Shown in pieces: positions 1 through 12,035 of a stretch of 64,000 nt of DNA. Origin of the DNA: Paraspadella gotoi. Lineage: Eukaryota > Animalia > Chaetognatha. The notes under the pieces are model-generated. The model saw only the letters and a list, made by a program, of their open reading frames with translations. It did not search any database and was not told the DNA's origin. Position 1 is the first letter of the stretch; each line of letters begins with the position of its first letter. The position numbers were made by a program, and so were the translations under genes. The stretch spans positions 6,399,624 to 6,463,623 of the forward strand of contig CM119264.1 in NCBI GenBank assembly GCA_051294375.1, written 5' to 3'.

Positions 1-48
1 AGAAAAAGAAGAAAGAAAAGAGAGAAAAAAGTAAAGAAAGAAAGAAAA

Positions 49-123
<75 letters not shown>

Positions 124-640
124 CAAAAAGAGAGAAAGGAGCTAAGAAAAAAAAATTATGGAATAAGTAAAGAAAAGTAAGAAAATAAGCGAAGGAGAGT
201 TTGAAGGTGATCAATGGATGAATAGATGAATCAGGGTTTTGAGTTCCATCCGAGTTTAATTTTGGAAAAAGAGAGGAGAGAGAGAAGAAGAGAGAGAGAG
301 AGAAGAGGAGAGGNNNNNNNNNNNNNNNNNNNNNNNNNTAGAGATGACAGAGAGAGAGGAGAGATGAGAAGATGACGAGAGAGAGAGATGATTAGAGAGA
401 AAGAATCCGAGAAGAGAAAGGAGAGAAGGGAGAGAGAGAGGCGAGAGAGAGAAAGAGAGAGAGGAGGAGAGAGAGGATCTATGCCGTGTTCACTTCACCC
501 CGTTCTTAGGTAATGCTCGCATTCCAACAGAGAAAGTCACGCTTAACCTCCTGAGCTCGATCTCGAGAGAGCAGAGAGAGAGAGAGAGAATGAGAGAGAC
601 GAGAGAGAGACCCGAAGAATTGAGAGAGGAATTAAGAAAA
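1..640. repeat. (GAAA)n and (GA)n microsatellite field
   Basis: Directly visible; similar (GA/CT)n tracts at ~3470-3570, 20098-20200, 20830-20950, 28200-28295, 41715-42008, 44432-44517, 48188-48270, 49613-49880, 63274-63359. Confidence 0.95.
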
Positions 641-3512
641 AACACAGAGCCAGAATGAGAAGAAGAAAAGCTTTAGAAATTCAAAAAAAATGAAGGTATT
701 AATCCATCAAACAACGAGATTTGCACGGCCCAAAGAACAAAGACCCAGAAGACAGGTAGTCCGCCGGCCACTGATGCCCTTTGTCCACCTATGGAACCGA
801 ACCCAATCTCATCCGTCCGCCGCCCTCATTACCCTCTCTTTTCGGTCGTGCGCTCCGGGACTCTCTTGCGACGGTTTCGCTGGCCGTGGTTTCTGCTCTC
901 CTTCCTCCCTCGTGCTCCTGACCTCTGACGAGAAAAAACTCTTGCCATTCGGTCTTCTCCTACAGAATTAAACTCCGCCGGTATCACACATCACTTTCCG
1001 TTCGCTATGATCTCCGTGTCGGTCGCCGACATTGTCCTTCTTTTCTCTTTGGCGTGCATTCTCTTCATTTTAAATTTTCCAACTAATTCTTTTTGGGTGA
1101 AAATCTAACATCATACTTCGATAAAAAACTATTTGGAATACCAAGGCTATTGTCCTACCTAAAAACTGATGTCGGAAAAATTTGACAAAAGAGAGAGAGA
1201 GAGAATGAACTCTATTACAATGTTTGAATTGTTTTTAACATCATGTCGTTGTTTCTAAGTTAACTATCTTTGCGTTCGATAAAGATTCAAGGATTTGCTA
1301 GATGTTAATAATTAAATTAGTCTAATAGAGCGATGGGAAAAAAATCTTGTGTTATCAAAAAAATTATTAAACAAATTGTAAATTAGTGCCACAAAATTAT
1401 CATTATAAAAATATATGAAAGACGTTTGCCTTTGTATCTAATATTTTTAAAAGCAACTAACCCAAGAGATTAATATCCAGAAACCAGCAAGTCCAGACCT
1501 TGCTGTGACCGGCCGCTGTGATTTCCTCTCACAAAACTTCCTTAATATAAATAATGACTTATGAAACTGTAGATACAATATAAGATCATCATTACACCAT
1601 AAAAAAGCTTAGTCTTTTGCTTCCCTGAGTTGACAAGAGCTATCTATCAGTATAATAAAGCTAATAACTGTGCCCATGACAGGACTAGAGTGGTTAAGCT
1701 TGCCAATGATTCAATCATACTAATTGATGAATGAATTTATATGAATGATGTTGTAATTAATAAACACTAGAATGAACCCGAACATGTCTGTTTACAATAA
1801 ATAAAATCCGTTGGTCAAAACTAAACCAAACTGTCTCTAAACACTGCAAATAAAAACAAAATATTTTTTTTCTCACTTAAACTTTAATTGATTAATTATT
1901 TTAATTTTAATTCGATTACCTAAATATCAATTTTTTGGAAAAAAGTCTAGCAAAGTTTTTTAACCCTGTCTTTTGTCTGGGAAAGCTGCCTTTGCGCCAA
2001 ATTGTTTTGAGAGGGAGGAGGGATCTCCTTCTTTAAATACAACGAGAGTGGGAGAGTGGAGCGCAAAGCTTGAAATCAAAGCCACCGAGCAAAACAGGAT
2101 TGAGTCTTGGAAATAAAGTCCCTTCCGCTCGTAAGAAGGGCGTGCCGATCCACTAAAGCAATTTCGCCTGCGCCGTCAGCGTTATGTTCCTTCTATATCC
2201 ACTTATTTTAAATCTATTGATTACAACAGAAATTGAATAACTTCTGCCGTGAATCTCTGATTCAGTTCTTAACAAAATCTGATTAACTTTGAACAACTCT
2301 AAAGATACATATATATAAAAAACTTTATTACATAGTTTTGTAATTAGGCTACCGGACGAACCTTTATAATCTACAAGTCTCTTAATCACACCTCTTACCC
2401 TACCCTTCTCACATATATTCTATCATGGGCATACAAAAGAATAAGTCAGTAAAAATCTCAAATACATCATTTAGTCAAGATAGAAACATTTACACACACA
2501 CAAAAACCTCAAATCATATCCTCTTACTTAGACGTCTAAGTAAGACGATCGATGTCCCTTCTGCTCACTCCACTTTCTTTTTCACAATGTCCCATATTTC
2601 TCTTGTGTCTTTTATATATTCTTTTACTTTCCTTTCCTTTTTATTTATTGATTCTAATCGATTTATCATTTTTTGATCTCTTCATATTTTTTACTTCCCT
2701 CTCTAAGATTCATATAGAGACCAAGAAGACAGCGAATAAACGGCTAACTCCTCTTCATCTTTTCCCTTTTTATCCAGAGCTCGACTTTTCAGTCTTCCTT
2801 TTTAGGTTATCGCGGGACTCCGTATTTCATTTGATTTAGCTTCTCTGGTGTGTTTATGCTCGTCTCTTTTTTTTTTCGCTTCTGTTTTGTTTAAGCCGGA
2901 AAGAGACGAGGAGAGAGAACGTCATTGAATGAGAGACGAGAGAGACACTAAAACGTGTGACTGAGACGTGAAGAAAGAAAAGAGAACGGACAGAAGAAGA
3001 GGGTGAGGAAGGGACAAGAGAAAGAGGAGAGACTGAGGATTCGAGCACCAGGAGAATGAACCCGGGTGCTGGCCGACCGAGTGTTGTCTTATGAATGTTC
3101 GGGTGCGGTCAGAGTCTCGATCCATAGTACCAACCTCTTGCGAACGAGACCGTCAAAGGAGAGAGGCGAAGATACAAAGCCCGGCCAAGCCGTCGAAAAC
3201 AATAGGAGTGACCGAACATTGGCGTCCGCGAAGTTCAAGTATATGCCTCGCTCGTGATTGATGAGTATTGTTGCTCTATAATTTCAGTTTATATAATAGC
3301 CGGGTGTGCGGTTTCATGACCCAATCTTTCGCGTGTATCAAGATGGCAACTCAAGCATGGCTTAAGTTAGGCATGGCTGCAAAGAGAAGACTTGACAATC
3401 TTAATTAGCTCACTGAAATATACAGTTTTATTAAAAGGATAAATTGGTTCGCCGATAACGTCTTTCGAGAGGAAAGAGAGAGAGAGGAAGAGACGGAGGA
3501 GAGAGAGAGAGA

Positions 3513-3571
<59 letters not shown>

Positions 3572-4199
3572 TTGGTCAGCTTATTCTCCCAAACATGTCT
3601 GGTTTCGCTCCTTCGCAATTCCCAAATCGCCAATATCGTCTCGACAATCGGAGGGGAGAGAGAGAGAGAGAGAGAGATGGTGGATGGAGATCTGGCTGGA
3701 ATTGGCTTAAAGATGGAAATTTTTTTCTTACTTTCGATCACAACTCAGAAAATATGCAGAAGGGAGATCGCCAACCCTAAATCCTAACTTCCTCTCGATC
3801 GGAGACAAGAAGATGGGAAAACGAAAAGGAAGGGCAAGATATTAAACCACCTCCGGAGTCGAAGGAGCGTCGAAGGGGGGGGGGTGAGTAAAACGGGAGG
3901 CGGTGGGAACTTCTGGCCCCCGACGGCCTCCGTCTGCCGAGGCTAACGAAACTCGTAACTTCTCGCGGAAAGGCAAAGGCGCCTTCGTTGCTCGACTTGG
4001 AAGGCCGATTGCTGTCTTATATATCACTTAGGGACGCCGCGGCCGTTTTCACCCCTCCGGTCACCGTCCCCCCCCTTCACCGCCCCCCACCCGGTTCATC
4101 CCTCTCTTCGTCTCGGCCTCTTCCGCTTCTTTCGCGGGTTTTATTAAAATATGGACTTCGTTCGCTGCCGACGTCGTCTTTGGCGGAAAGATGATAGCG

Positions 4200-4590
4200 A
4201 GATGGCACCAAGAGCGAAAGCAATGAAACTGAAAGCAGAAGCGAAACCAAATGCAAATGAAAGCAAAAGCAAAAGAGATAGAAGAAAAAGCAAAAGCGAA
4301 ACCCAAAGCAAAAGCGATTGCACCCAAAGTCAAAAGCTAAGGAAAAAAAGGGAAAGCGATGAAAACAAAGCAAAAGTGATGGAACTGAAAGCAAAAGTTT
4401 CGGAACAGAAAGCAAAAGCAATGAAAACCATGAAAACGTGATGGAACTGAAAGAAAAAGCAAGATCAAAAGCAAAAGCTATGGAACCAAAATCAAAAGCG
4501 ATGAAAGCGGAAAGGAAAAGCGAAACCAAAAGCAAACGCGTAGAAACAAAAAGAAAAAGCGATGAAACCGAAAGGGAAAGCACAAAGGCA
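4200..4590. repeat. Degenerate ~21-bp minisatellite (approx. AAAGCGATGAAACCGAAAGCA)
   Basis: Repeated gcgatg(g)aa(a)c.gaaagcaaaa units; translates as KAM(E/K)xKA repeats with frameshifts. Confidence 0.75.
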
Positions 4591-5312
4591 CCCACCGAAA
4601 TTGTTGGAAGATTTAAAACCGTCTTTAACTATCCTATCAAACACGGTTTCTTTCGCTCACTTTCTCTCCTACTTTCTCTCTCTCTCTCATCTCTCTCTCT
4701 CTCTCTCGTCTCGTCTCCTCTCTCTCTCTCTCTCCTCTCTCTCTTCTCTTTCTCTCTTTCTCTTCTTCTCTCCTCTCTCTCTCTCTCCCACGCACGCTAT
4801 CAGGAAAATTTTCAAGAGCTTCTGTCTTCCCGACTTGAGGGGTCGAGGGTCGCTATTCTTGGAAGCCACTCTACAGAATTTTATTCTCTTTCTCTCACAT
4901 CTTTACTTTCTTTTTTTTCTAGTTATTTTTTCCTATTTTTCTTTGTGTTATTTCGTTCCGTTCAATCCAGTTATACATATTCCAAGAACATTTTTGATCT
5001 ATGAATATAGAAAGTATTTAAATCTTTTTTTAATCAGAGTCTCATCTCTTTCTTTTCAGCGCCCCACAATTTGACCTTGATTCCACGACACTGACACTAC
5101 CCTGTTAATCGCATCGCTAACCTACCTAATTCCACTACTCGCTCTATATATTCCACGACGTACCCTCCAAATGCCGCGCTCAGACTCACCTCTCCTTAGA
5201 ATCTCACGATCGACGAACGAAATCACTCGCTCTCCATAAATCTCTCCCAGCGGCCGAACGAAGTTGAATCCCTTAAGCCGAAGAGACGAGACGAGAAATC
5301 TTATCCTCGTGA

Positions 5313-5366
<54 letters not shown>

Positions 5367-6618
5367 TCTTCTCTCTCTCCTCTCTCTCTACTCTCTCCCC
5401 TCTTTATCCCTAGCCTTTCTATTTTATACTGCTCTTTTCCTATCTCTTCTGCCCAAATCTCGATGATTTTTTCCCCTACATAATTTACATACTACATATC
5501 CAAAGATTAACAAATCAACAATAAAAACCTGTCGGTCAGTTCGGTCCGTCTGTCAGTGCTCCATACTATGCTCGATAAAACTTGCTCGTTTGTCAAGACA
5601 GGAAATCCTATAAAGAATAAAAAAACAATGCAGTGCGTGTCAGAAATACACGGGCTAAGAAAGTTATNNNNNNNNNNNNNNNNNNNNNNNNNNNNNNNNN
5701 NNNNNNNNNNNNNNNNNNNNNNNNNNNNNNNNNNNNNNNNNNNNNNNNNNNNNNNNNNNNNNNNNNNNNNNNNNNNNNNNNNNNNNNNNNNNNNNNNNNN
5801 NNNNNNNNNNNNNNNNNNNNNNNNNNNNNNNNNNNNNNNNNNNNNNNNNNNNNNNNNNNNNNNNNNNNNNNNNNNNNNNNNNNNNNNNNNNNNNNNNNNN
5901 NNNNNNNNNNNNNNNNNNNNNNNNNNNNNNNNNNNNNNNNNNNNNNNNNNNNNNNNNNNNNNNNNNNNNNNNNNNNNNNNNNNNNNNNNNNNNNNNNNNN
6001 NNNNNNNNNNNNNNNNNNNNNNNNNNNNNNNNNNNNNNNNNNNNNNNNNNNNNNNNNNNNNNNNNNNNNNNNNNNNNNNNNNNNNNNNNNNNNNNNNNNN
6101 NNNNNNNNNNNNNNNNNNNNNNNNNNNNNNNNNNNNNNNNNNNNNNNNNNNNNNNNNNNNNNNNNNNNNNNNNNNNNNNNNNNNNNNNNNNNNNGTCAAC
6201 TTGACGTTTTTCTTGTGAAAAAAATGCCCCAGATCTGATTTTAAGTTGCGAGAGATGGAACTAAACTTAAGTCACTAAGGAATAGGAGACCGGTGACAAC
6301 CGAAGGGATTAGAAGATGTTGCAAAATGAAGGAATCGTTTAGAGATGAGGTTAGAAAACAAGGGAAAAAAAAAGATTAAGAAAAACCAAAAAAAGATAAA
6401 AACAAATTAAAACAAATTGAAAGAAGTCAAATCAACAATTGACAAAGGACATTGGAGTCGATTGACCATTAAAGCGTATCAAAAATATTACAATTAAGTA
6501 GAATCAAAATTCGAATAAAATATAGAGATAATATATATAATATATCCTTTCGTTTCGTCGTGTAAGAAGGTTAGCGGAAAAACGAAAATTTAGTTTTCTA
6601 CAACGATTTGTTTTATTT

Positions 6619-6746
6619 AACAATGAACATTTTTCGACTTGTAATTTCAAGTCTTTATAAGCATTTTTATCAATTAAAAATGAAATAAAAATTGATAAAA
6701 ATGCTTATTAAGACTTGAAATTACAAGTCGATATATGTTCATTGTT
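6619..6746. mobile_element. 57-bp inverted repeat made of two decayed hammerhead motifs; probable Penelope-like element terminus
   Basis: Arms 6619-6675 and 6690-6746 match at 54/57 positions with a 14-nt spacer; each reads gcttat(t/a)aa GACTTG aaatta CAAGTC ga(a/t)a (a/t)atg tt, a degenerate CTGATGAA-stemII-GAAA-CATG-TC. Confidence 0.6.
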
Positions 6747-6793
6747 TAGAGACAGTTTGAGTTTAGTTTTGACAACGATTTTATTTAATTCGA

Positions 6794-6835
6794 AACAGAC
6801 ATGTTTCGGCTTCATTTCAAGCCTTCATCAGCGTT
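6794..6835 (-). ncRNA. Minimal type I hammerhead ribozyme (Penelope-like element type)
   Basis: Minus strand reads AACG CTGATGA A GGCTT GAAATG AAGCC GAAA CATG TC TGTT: full catalytic core, 5-bp stem II, palindromic CATG loop on a 1-bp stem III, 4-bp stem I; predicted cleavage after C at 6798. Confidence 0.8.
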
Positions 6836-7509
6836 AGTTTATTTTTAACCAATTTATTTGAATCTGGTCTCAAAATATAATTCATTTTTAAATCTTTTTA
6901 TGATAAGTAGGTCAAAAATTAAAAAAAACATAAAAAATCATCATTAATCAATTATCTTTTTGAAAATTTTTAAAATTTTACTAAGAAAACTTTTTAAGGA
7001 ATTTTTTAAAAGCTGTAATTATATTTCTTGCTTAAACTCCTTTTTGCTCCTATCAGTAAATCAATTAAACAATTTAAGATTTAAAATTTTTTTTAATATA
7101 GTAATATAATAATTTTAATTAGGCTAAGTTACCATCCAGAAAAAATAATTTTTGACAAAAAATCATTTTAACATACCATATCACTACTATGCTCATGATA
7201 GATTATTCTTAACAGTTCTGTATACATTAGCATTTATAAATTTCCATTCGGCTTTGGCTAGTATAGAGCCATATAAGAATTTTTTTGTCAATTGAAAGTA
7301 TACTCAAAAATGTATCAATTTTCGTTTGAGCATGTACTCTAAATTTTTGACTCACCCCTTTGAGTACGGCTACTCCTACTATTAGACGTTTAGATTTATT
7401 AGACATTGTCACAGCGTTCTAAAAAATAAAAATATGAAGTTAATACACAATTACACATACTAAGTTAAAAATTAGAATACTATATATTCTGGCGTATATT
7501 TTTTCCAAG

Positions 7510-7652
7510 TGAATTCGGAATTTCTCCTTCCATCTCATCTTGGGTCTCATCGTCCGCCTTCGCCTTTCTTTCGATGTGCAATCTCATCACACCATTTCTC
7601 AACGTTTTCTTTAAACCGAGAACCATAGTGATAATTGGTGGCCTGGCGGCAG
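7510..7652 (+). CDS. SLC16/MCT-like exon (TM2-TM3)
   Basis: ccaag|tgaattc ... gcag|gttaga; translates EFGISPSISSWVSSSAFAFLSMCNLITPFLNVFFKPRTIVIIGGLAA(G). Confidence 0.85.
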
Positions 7653-8656
7653 GTTAGAGTTGAATTTTGTTCGTTTTTTTTTCGTTTCTCTAAAAAACTA
7701 AATCATCCGCACTCCCCAAAAAAGGTTTTATAATCATAATAATGTTTAATGTTTAATATTTAATGCTTCTCTAAAAAACTAAATAATCCGCCCCCCCAAA
7801 AAAGATGTTATAATTAGGGGGAGACTAACTCAATAAGGTGGTTAAGAAATTGAATTAAGCACCTACTCAAACGAAATTTTTTTTATATTTCTCCATACTC
7901 CATAAATTAATTTTTTAATATTTATTTATAAATAGGAAAGGCTAAAAATTTTTTTGGGATTTTTTGATTTGTAAGATCAGATTCAGGTAGCTTGCAAAAA
8001 GTTGTCTACACAAAGTATAATTCTTTTTTCGATATTTTGATCATAAGTATGTGAAAAATATGAAAAACTATTTATAATCATCATCATCATCATTTTTCGA
8101 TAATTTTATTACTTTTTCTTAATCTTGACCAAGAAAACATAAATATTTTCGAAAGTTGTAATTAAATTTTTTATTTAACTTTTTATGCTCTATCAGAATC
8201 CATCAAAAAACGTTAAGATTGATTCAAAAAATTTTTTATCATTATATAGTAATATTGTAATTTTAATAGCAACAATAAAAGCATTAAAATCGAACTTTTT
8301 TAAAAAATTCTTTTTTTACCTAAAAGTAGACTTCAAGACTAAAGTTTTGAACCCCCGCCCCTATTGAATTTAATTTCATAGTAGATTTCTATTATAATCA
8401 TATTAATGTTTATTGTTTAATAAAATTGATTTCTTATCCTGCCTCGCCAGCGACTGGCAAGCCTAAATAAATTTAGTAGGCTTTTGTTACAATATAGAAA
8501 CTTAATAAAGTAAAGTTCAAAAAAATTGATTTCTTATTCTGTCACTAAATTAAGTTGGGTTTTGGTACAATATATAAACTTATATCTTTCGGACTTGTAT
8601 CTAGCCTACTCCCTCGGAAATGTACATTATCATCACAGATGAATGATACCAATTAG

Positions 8657-8874
8657 GATTCGGCTTTATCTCCGCCTCCTTTTCCGCCACATTTGCCCAG
8701 TTATTGGCGTCCGTGATTGTTGCCTTCAGCGGCGACGGTCTTGTCCATTCTTGCTTGTTTGTCAGCGTGAGTCAATGGACCGACAAGTACAGACCTTTGG
8801 CTCTCGGGATCGGAAACGCCGGATCGGCAGTTGGATTCATGGTGTTTCCACCTCTTTACGAGTGGATCGCTTCG
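8657..8874 (+). CDS. SLC16/MCT-like exon (TM3-TM5)
   Basis: ttag|gattc ... ttcg|gtaaaa; FGFISASFSATFAQLLASVIVAFSGDGLVHSCLFVSVSQWTDKYRPLALGIGNAGSAVGFMVFPPLYEWIAS matches the MCT 'F.K.R.LA.G....G' motif. Confidence 0.9.
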
Positions 8875-8932
8875 GTAAAAAACGCCGGGAAATCTTAGTT
8901 AAAAGGATAACTAACATACATTTCACATTCAG

Positions 8933-9064
8933 GAGTTGAACTGGCGCGCCTGTATTCTCGTTGCTGGCGCGTTGTTCTTTCACCACTTGGCCGGTGGATT
9001 AGTTATCAAACCTTTTGAGAAAAGAAAACTAGAAAAGAAAAAATCCGACGATGGAACAAAAAAA
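8933..9064 (+). CDS. SLC16/MCT-like exon (TM6)
   Basis: Follows a 58-nt intron containing CTAAC; ELNWRACILVAGALFFHHLAGGLVIKPFEKRKLEKKKSDDGTKK matches MCT 'GWR...L..GG......G.L.RP'. Confidence 0.85.
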
Positions 9065-11259
9065 GTAAACTAGGAAAATAAAAATGGAATTGGGGAAAAA
9101 AAAATTCTGCTTAAGAAAAAGGGTCATTCAATTCAACTTCAAAAATAAGGACTATAAATTCAGAAAGCTGAGCTCCTGGCGATTACCGAAAATGTTATTC
9201 ACTTTATGCATTTGATGCATTCTAACCCAACCCATTTTATATCGGTTTTAATTATAATATATAATAAAAGAAACCTATCTGAAGAGTTGCAGGTCAAACA
9301 GAAAAGGCCAATCCATCTGATATTTTTTATGAATTCTTTATTACTGAATTAGAAAAATGTAATAGAGAGACATTTTTAAATTTCAACTTGTATCCTTGAA
9401 AATCAAACATTTTTTAAACTTTAACCCTGAATTCTTTCTAACTGGAACGCGTTTATCAAAATGTCTCTCTATTTTCCGTATTTTTTTACAAATGTTTTTA
9501 AGATTGCTAATTAAATTTTTAATTCAATATTATTGGCAGTCGTTTAGGCTGCAACTCTTCAAAATTCAGTGTAGATTCATTGTAGCTCGAATTTTCTTTA
9601 CGATCTATTTAACTGAAATTTTGTTCATGACTGGAAAAACCAACAGAGTAACGAGATTAATTGTTTAATTCTCCCCTTCTAAACTATCGCCATACCGTGT
9701 TTTAACTTCTTACCTAGAATTTTTTAACAAACCAGATTGAAAAACAAATCTTTAAAAAATGTGCTTACCATTTAACTTAACAATTTTGTTATTTACTAAA
9801 AGAAGAAAACATCGTCTTTTTTCCTGGTGGCTCCGATTTCGATAAATTTGGTACCGATCGACGTTGGAATTACGTCTAGTTTCTGAAATAATAATTTCAT
9901 TAAAAATCGGTCACACGCGTTCAAAAGTTATGGCAAAAACGACGAAAAAATAGCGGCCTTCCGAGGGAATCAACTTTCGGCGCTCAACGAGCGAAAAGTG
10001 GTTACATAAGATTTGAACTACGTTAAAACTAATCATTAGTCCGACGCGGGAATCGACGGTAAAGCCGAAATCCTCGTTCCGGGCCATACTAGATCGGAAA
10101 AAATTACGGGCCTGAAGCAACGGAAAGAAAATTTAATGTTATGAAACGAATTTATTTGAGAATGAGGAAAATATAATTACTGTAAACTAAAATAAGTGCA
10201 ATGGATGAAAAATTTATTATAATTTATTAATATAAGTGACTATAAATGGAGAACGATTCCGTGGCACTCTCGAGGTACCCGGTTCGATCACATCGTAATT
10301 GCTTCATCACCACCAATTAGGGGTAATGCATGATTTCGACCCATTAACATGTTCATTGTCCTTTCCTGTGTGCTAATATGAAGGCAGGTGAGTAATTTCT
10401 AAATACAGGAATAGCAAACTGAACCACAAAGAATGAAGAGAGGCGACCCGAGCTTTTTCAACATATTCAAGCAAGTTATTTTAATTAAAACTGCCTGTTT
10501 AATATCTAATTTATTTGCGATGGTTAAAATCTACATAATATCCGCCTGGCAAAACAAAAATCAACGGCAAAAGCTCTTTGGTCCTACCTTCAAAGTTATT
10601 GGATTACTTTGCTTATGCATAAGGTAGTCTTGAAATTGGGTCCGCCTAAAAAAACTGCAACTTGAATGCGGCATGGTGCCTTGTAAAATTCATTTTAAAA
10701 CTTTTACAATTGGTGAACAGTTTTACAAGGCTGTGTAAAATAAAGGCTGTCCTATGCAAATCCAGTGTTATTACATTGATTTTAAAAATTATTTTAGTGA
10801 AAATATAAAAGTAATTTATATGTTCAAAATTTAATTGATCAGTTAAGATATGCCTTGAACAGTAAGTTTTCCTGAAAGAAATTTTAAAATAAATAAATAT
10901 TAATATTATTAATCTTACTGAAAGCCCTTTCAACTAAATAGAATGATGTACTTACATGCTTTATAATAAAATTTAACCGGCTCCAGCTTTAATTTAATTA
11001 GGATACCGTCAAAAAATGAGGACATCTTTTCCAAAAATCATAACTGGAGGTAAATTAAGAATTTTTAAATCAAATTGTGATTGGCTATTTAAAATCTTCT
11101 TTTTTTCAGGCTTTTCATAAATATTGTATAATGTTTTTATATTTTACAAATGTTATAGCATAATTTAAACATGTTCAGGTCATATATTTTAAAAAAAGAT
11201 TAAAATTTACATAATTCACTAATTGATTCTCTCCTAATTGACCAAGGCTATCGTACTGG

Positions 11260-11305
11260 ATCTGACATGTCGACAGGTAATGGGTGTTGCCGTCTTCAGG
11301 TAGTC
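11260..11305 (-). ncRNA. Degenerate hammerhead-like motif
   Basis: Minus strand CTGAAGA C GGCA acacccattacc TGTC GA CATG TC; GAAA is reduced to GA and stem I is poor. Confidence 0.35.
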
Positions 11306-11607
11306 TTGGGTACGCACACAGGGTGATTTGTAATGTCCTAACTTTATTAGAGTATGGTGTCCCCAAAGCACCCAGGGCCTTTAATTTTATGTTAGAGCTT
11401 TCGTAAGTATATCATTCTATCATTTTTTTAAAGGGCTTTCTGATGATGGATAATAATATTGTTAATATTTTAATAAAATATTTTGGGGTTTAAAAGTGCT
11501 AAAAAGTTAAAAAAAAAGAATTTAAAAACAGTGTTGGAAAAATGAAAACCGCGATTTTGCAAGCCAACTTTATCCCCACTTATGTTAGGGGTAGCCGCAC
11601 TGCAACT

Positions 11608-12035
11608 GGGGTGAGTCAAAATTTAGAGTGAGTATATTGCCTCAAAACGAATATAGACATTTTTAAGATACTTTCAATGGACAAAAATTTCTAATATGGC
11701 TCTAATACCGCCAGTAATTAATGTTTTTAATATTTAATTATAGATATGGAAAAGGCCCAAAAAATTTTTTTTGATTTTTAAATTTAGAACCAGATTCAGA
11801 TAGCTCATAAAAAGTTGTCTACACAAAAAAGTATGATTCTTTTTTTAAATGCTTTTTAATTAATGTAGCAAAAATAAAAAAAACATAAAAATCATCATTC
11901 ATTTTTCGATATTTTATCAGTTTTTTATAATAATTTTCACTTAGAAAACTAGAAATTTTTAAAAGCTGTAATATATTTCTTGTTAACTTTTTATGCTCTA
12001 TCAGAATCCATCAAAAAAATTTTAAGATTTTAAAA
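11608..12035. mobile_element. AT-rich non-autonomous DNA-transposon-like interspersed repeat; partial copies at ~6960-7090, 7262-7360 (inverted) and 7910-8235
   Basis: ggggtgagtcaaaatttagagt...ctttcaat.gacaaaaa...atatggctcta matches the reverse complement of 7262-7360; cagattcag.tagct..aaaaagttgtctacacaaa and tttttatgctctatcagaatccatcaaaaaa recur at 7975-8215. Confidence 0.6.

Noticed and set aside
740-1070. GC-richer segments at 740-1070 and 3050-3260 as candidates for the missing first MCT exon
   Set aside because: No PDGGWGW-like motif or consistent frame with splice sites could be found.
5507-6238. Long ORFs of 200+ aa (also at 37990-38728, 39804-40722, 63454-63969)
   Set aside because: Artefacts of translating through N-gaps.
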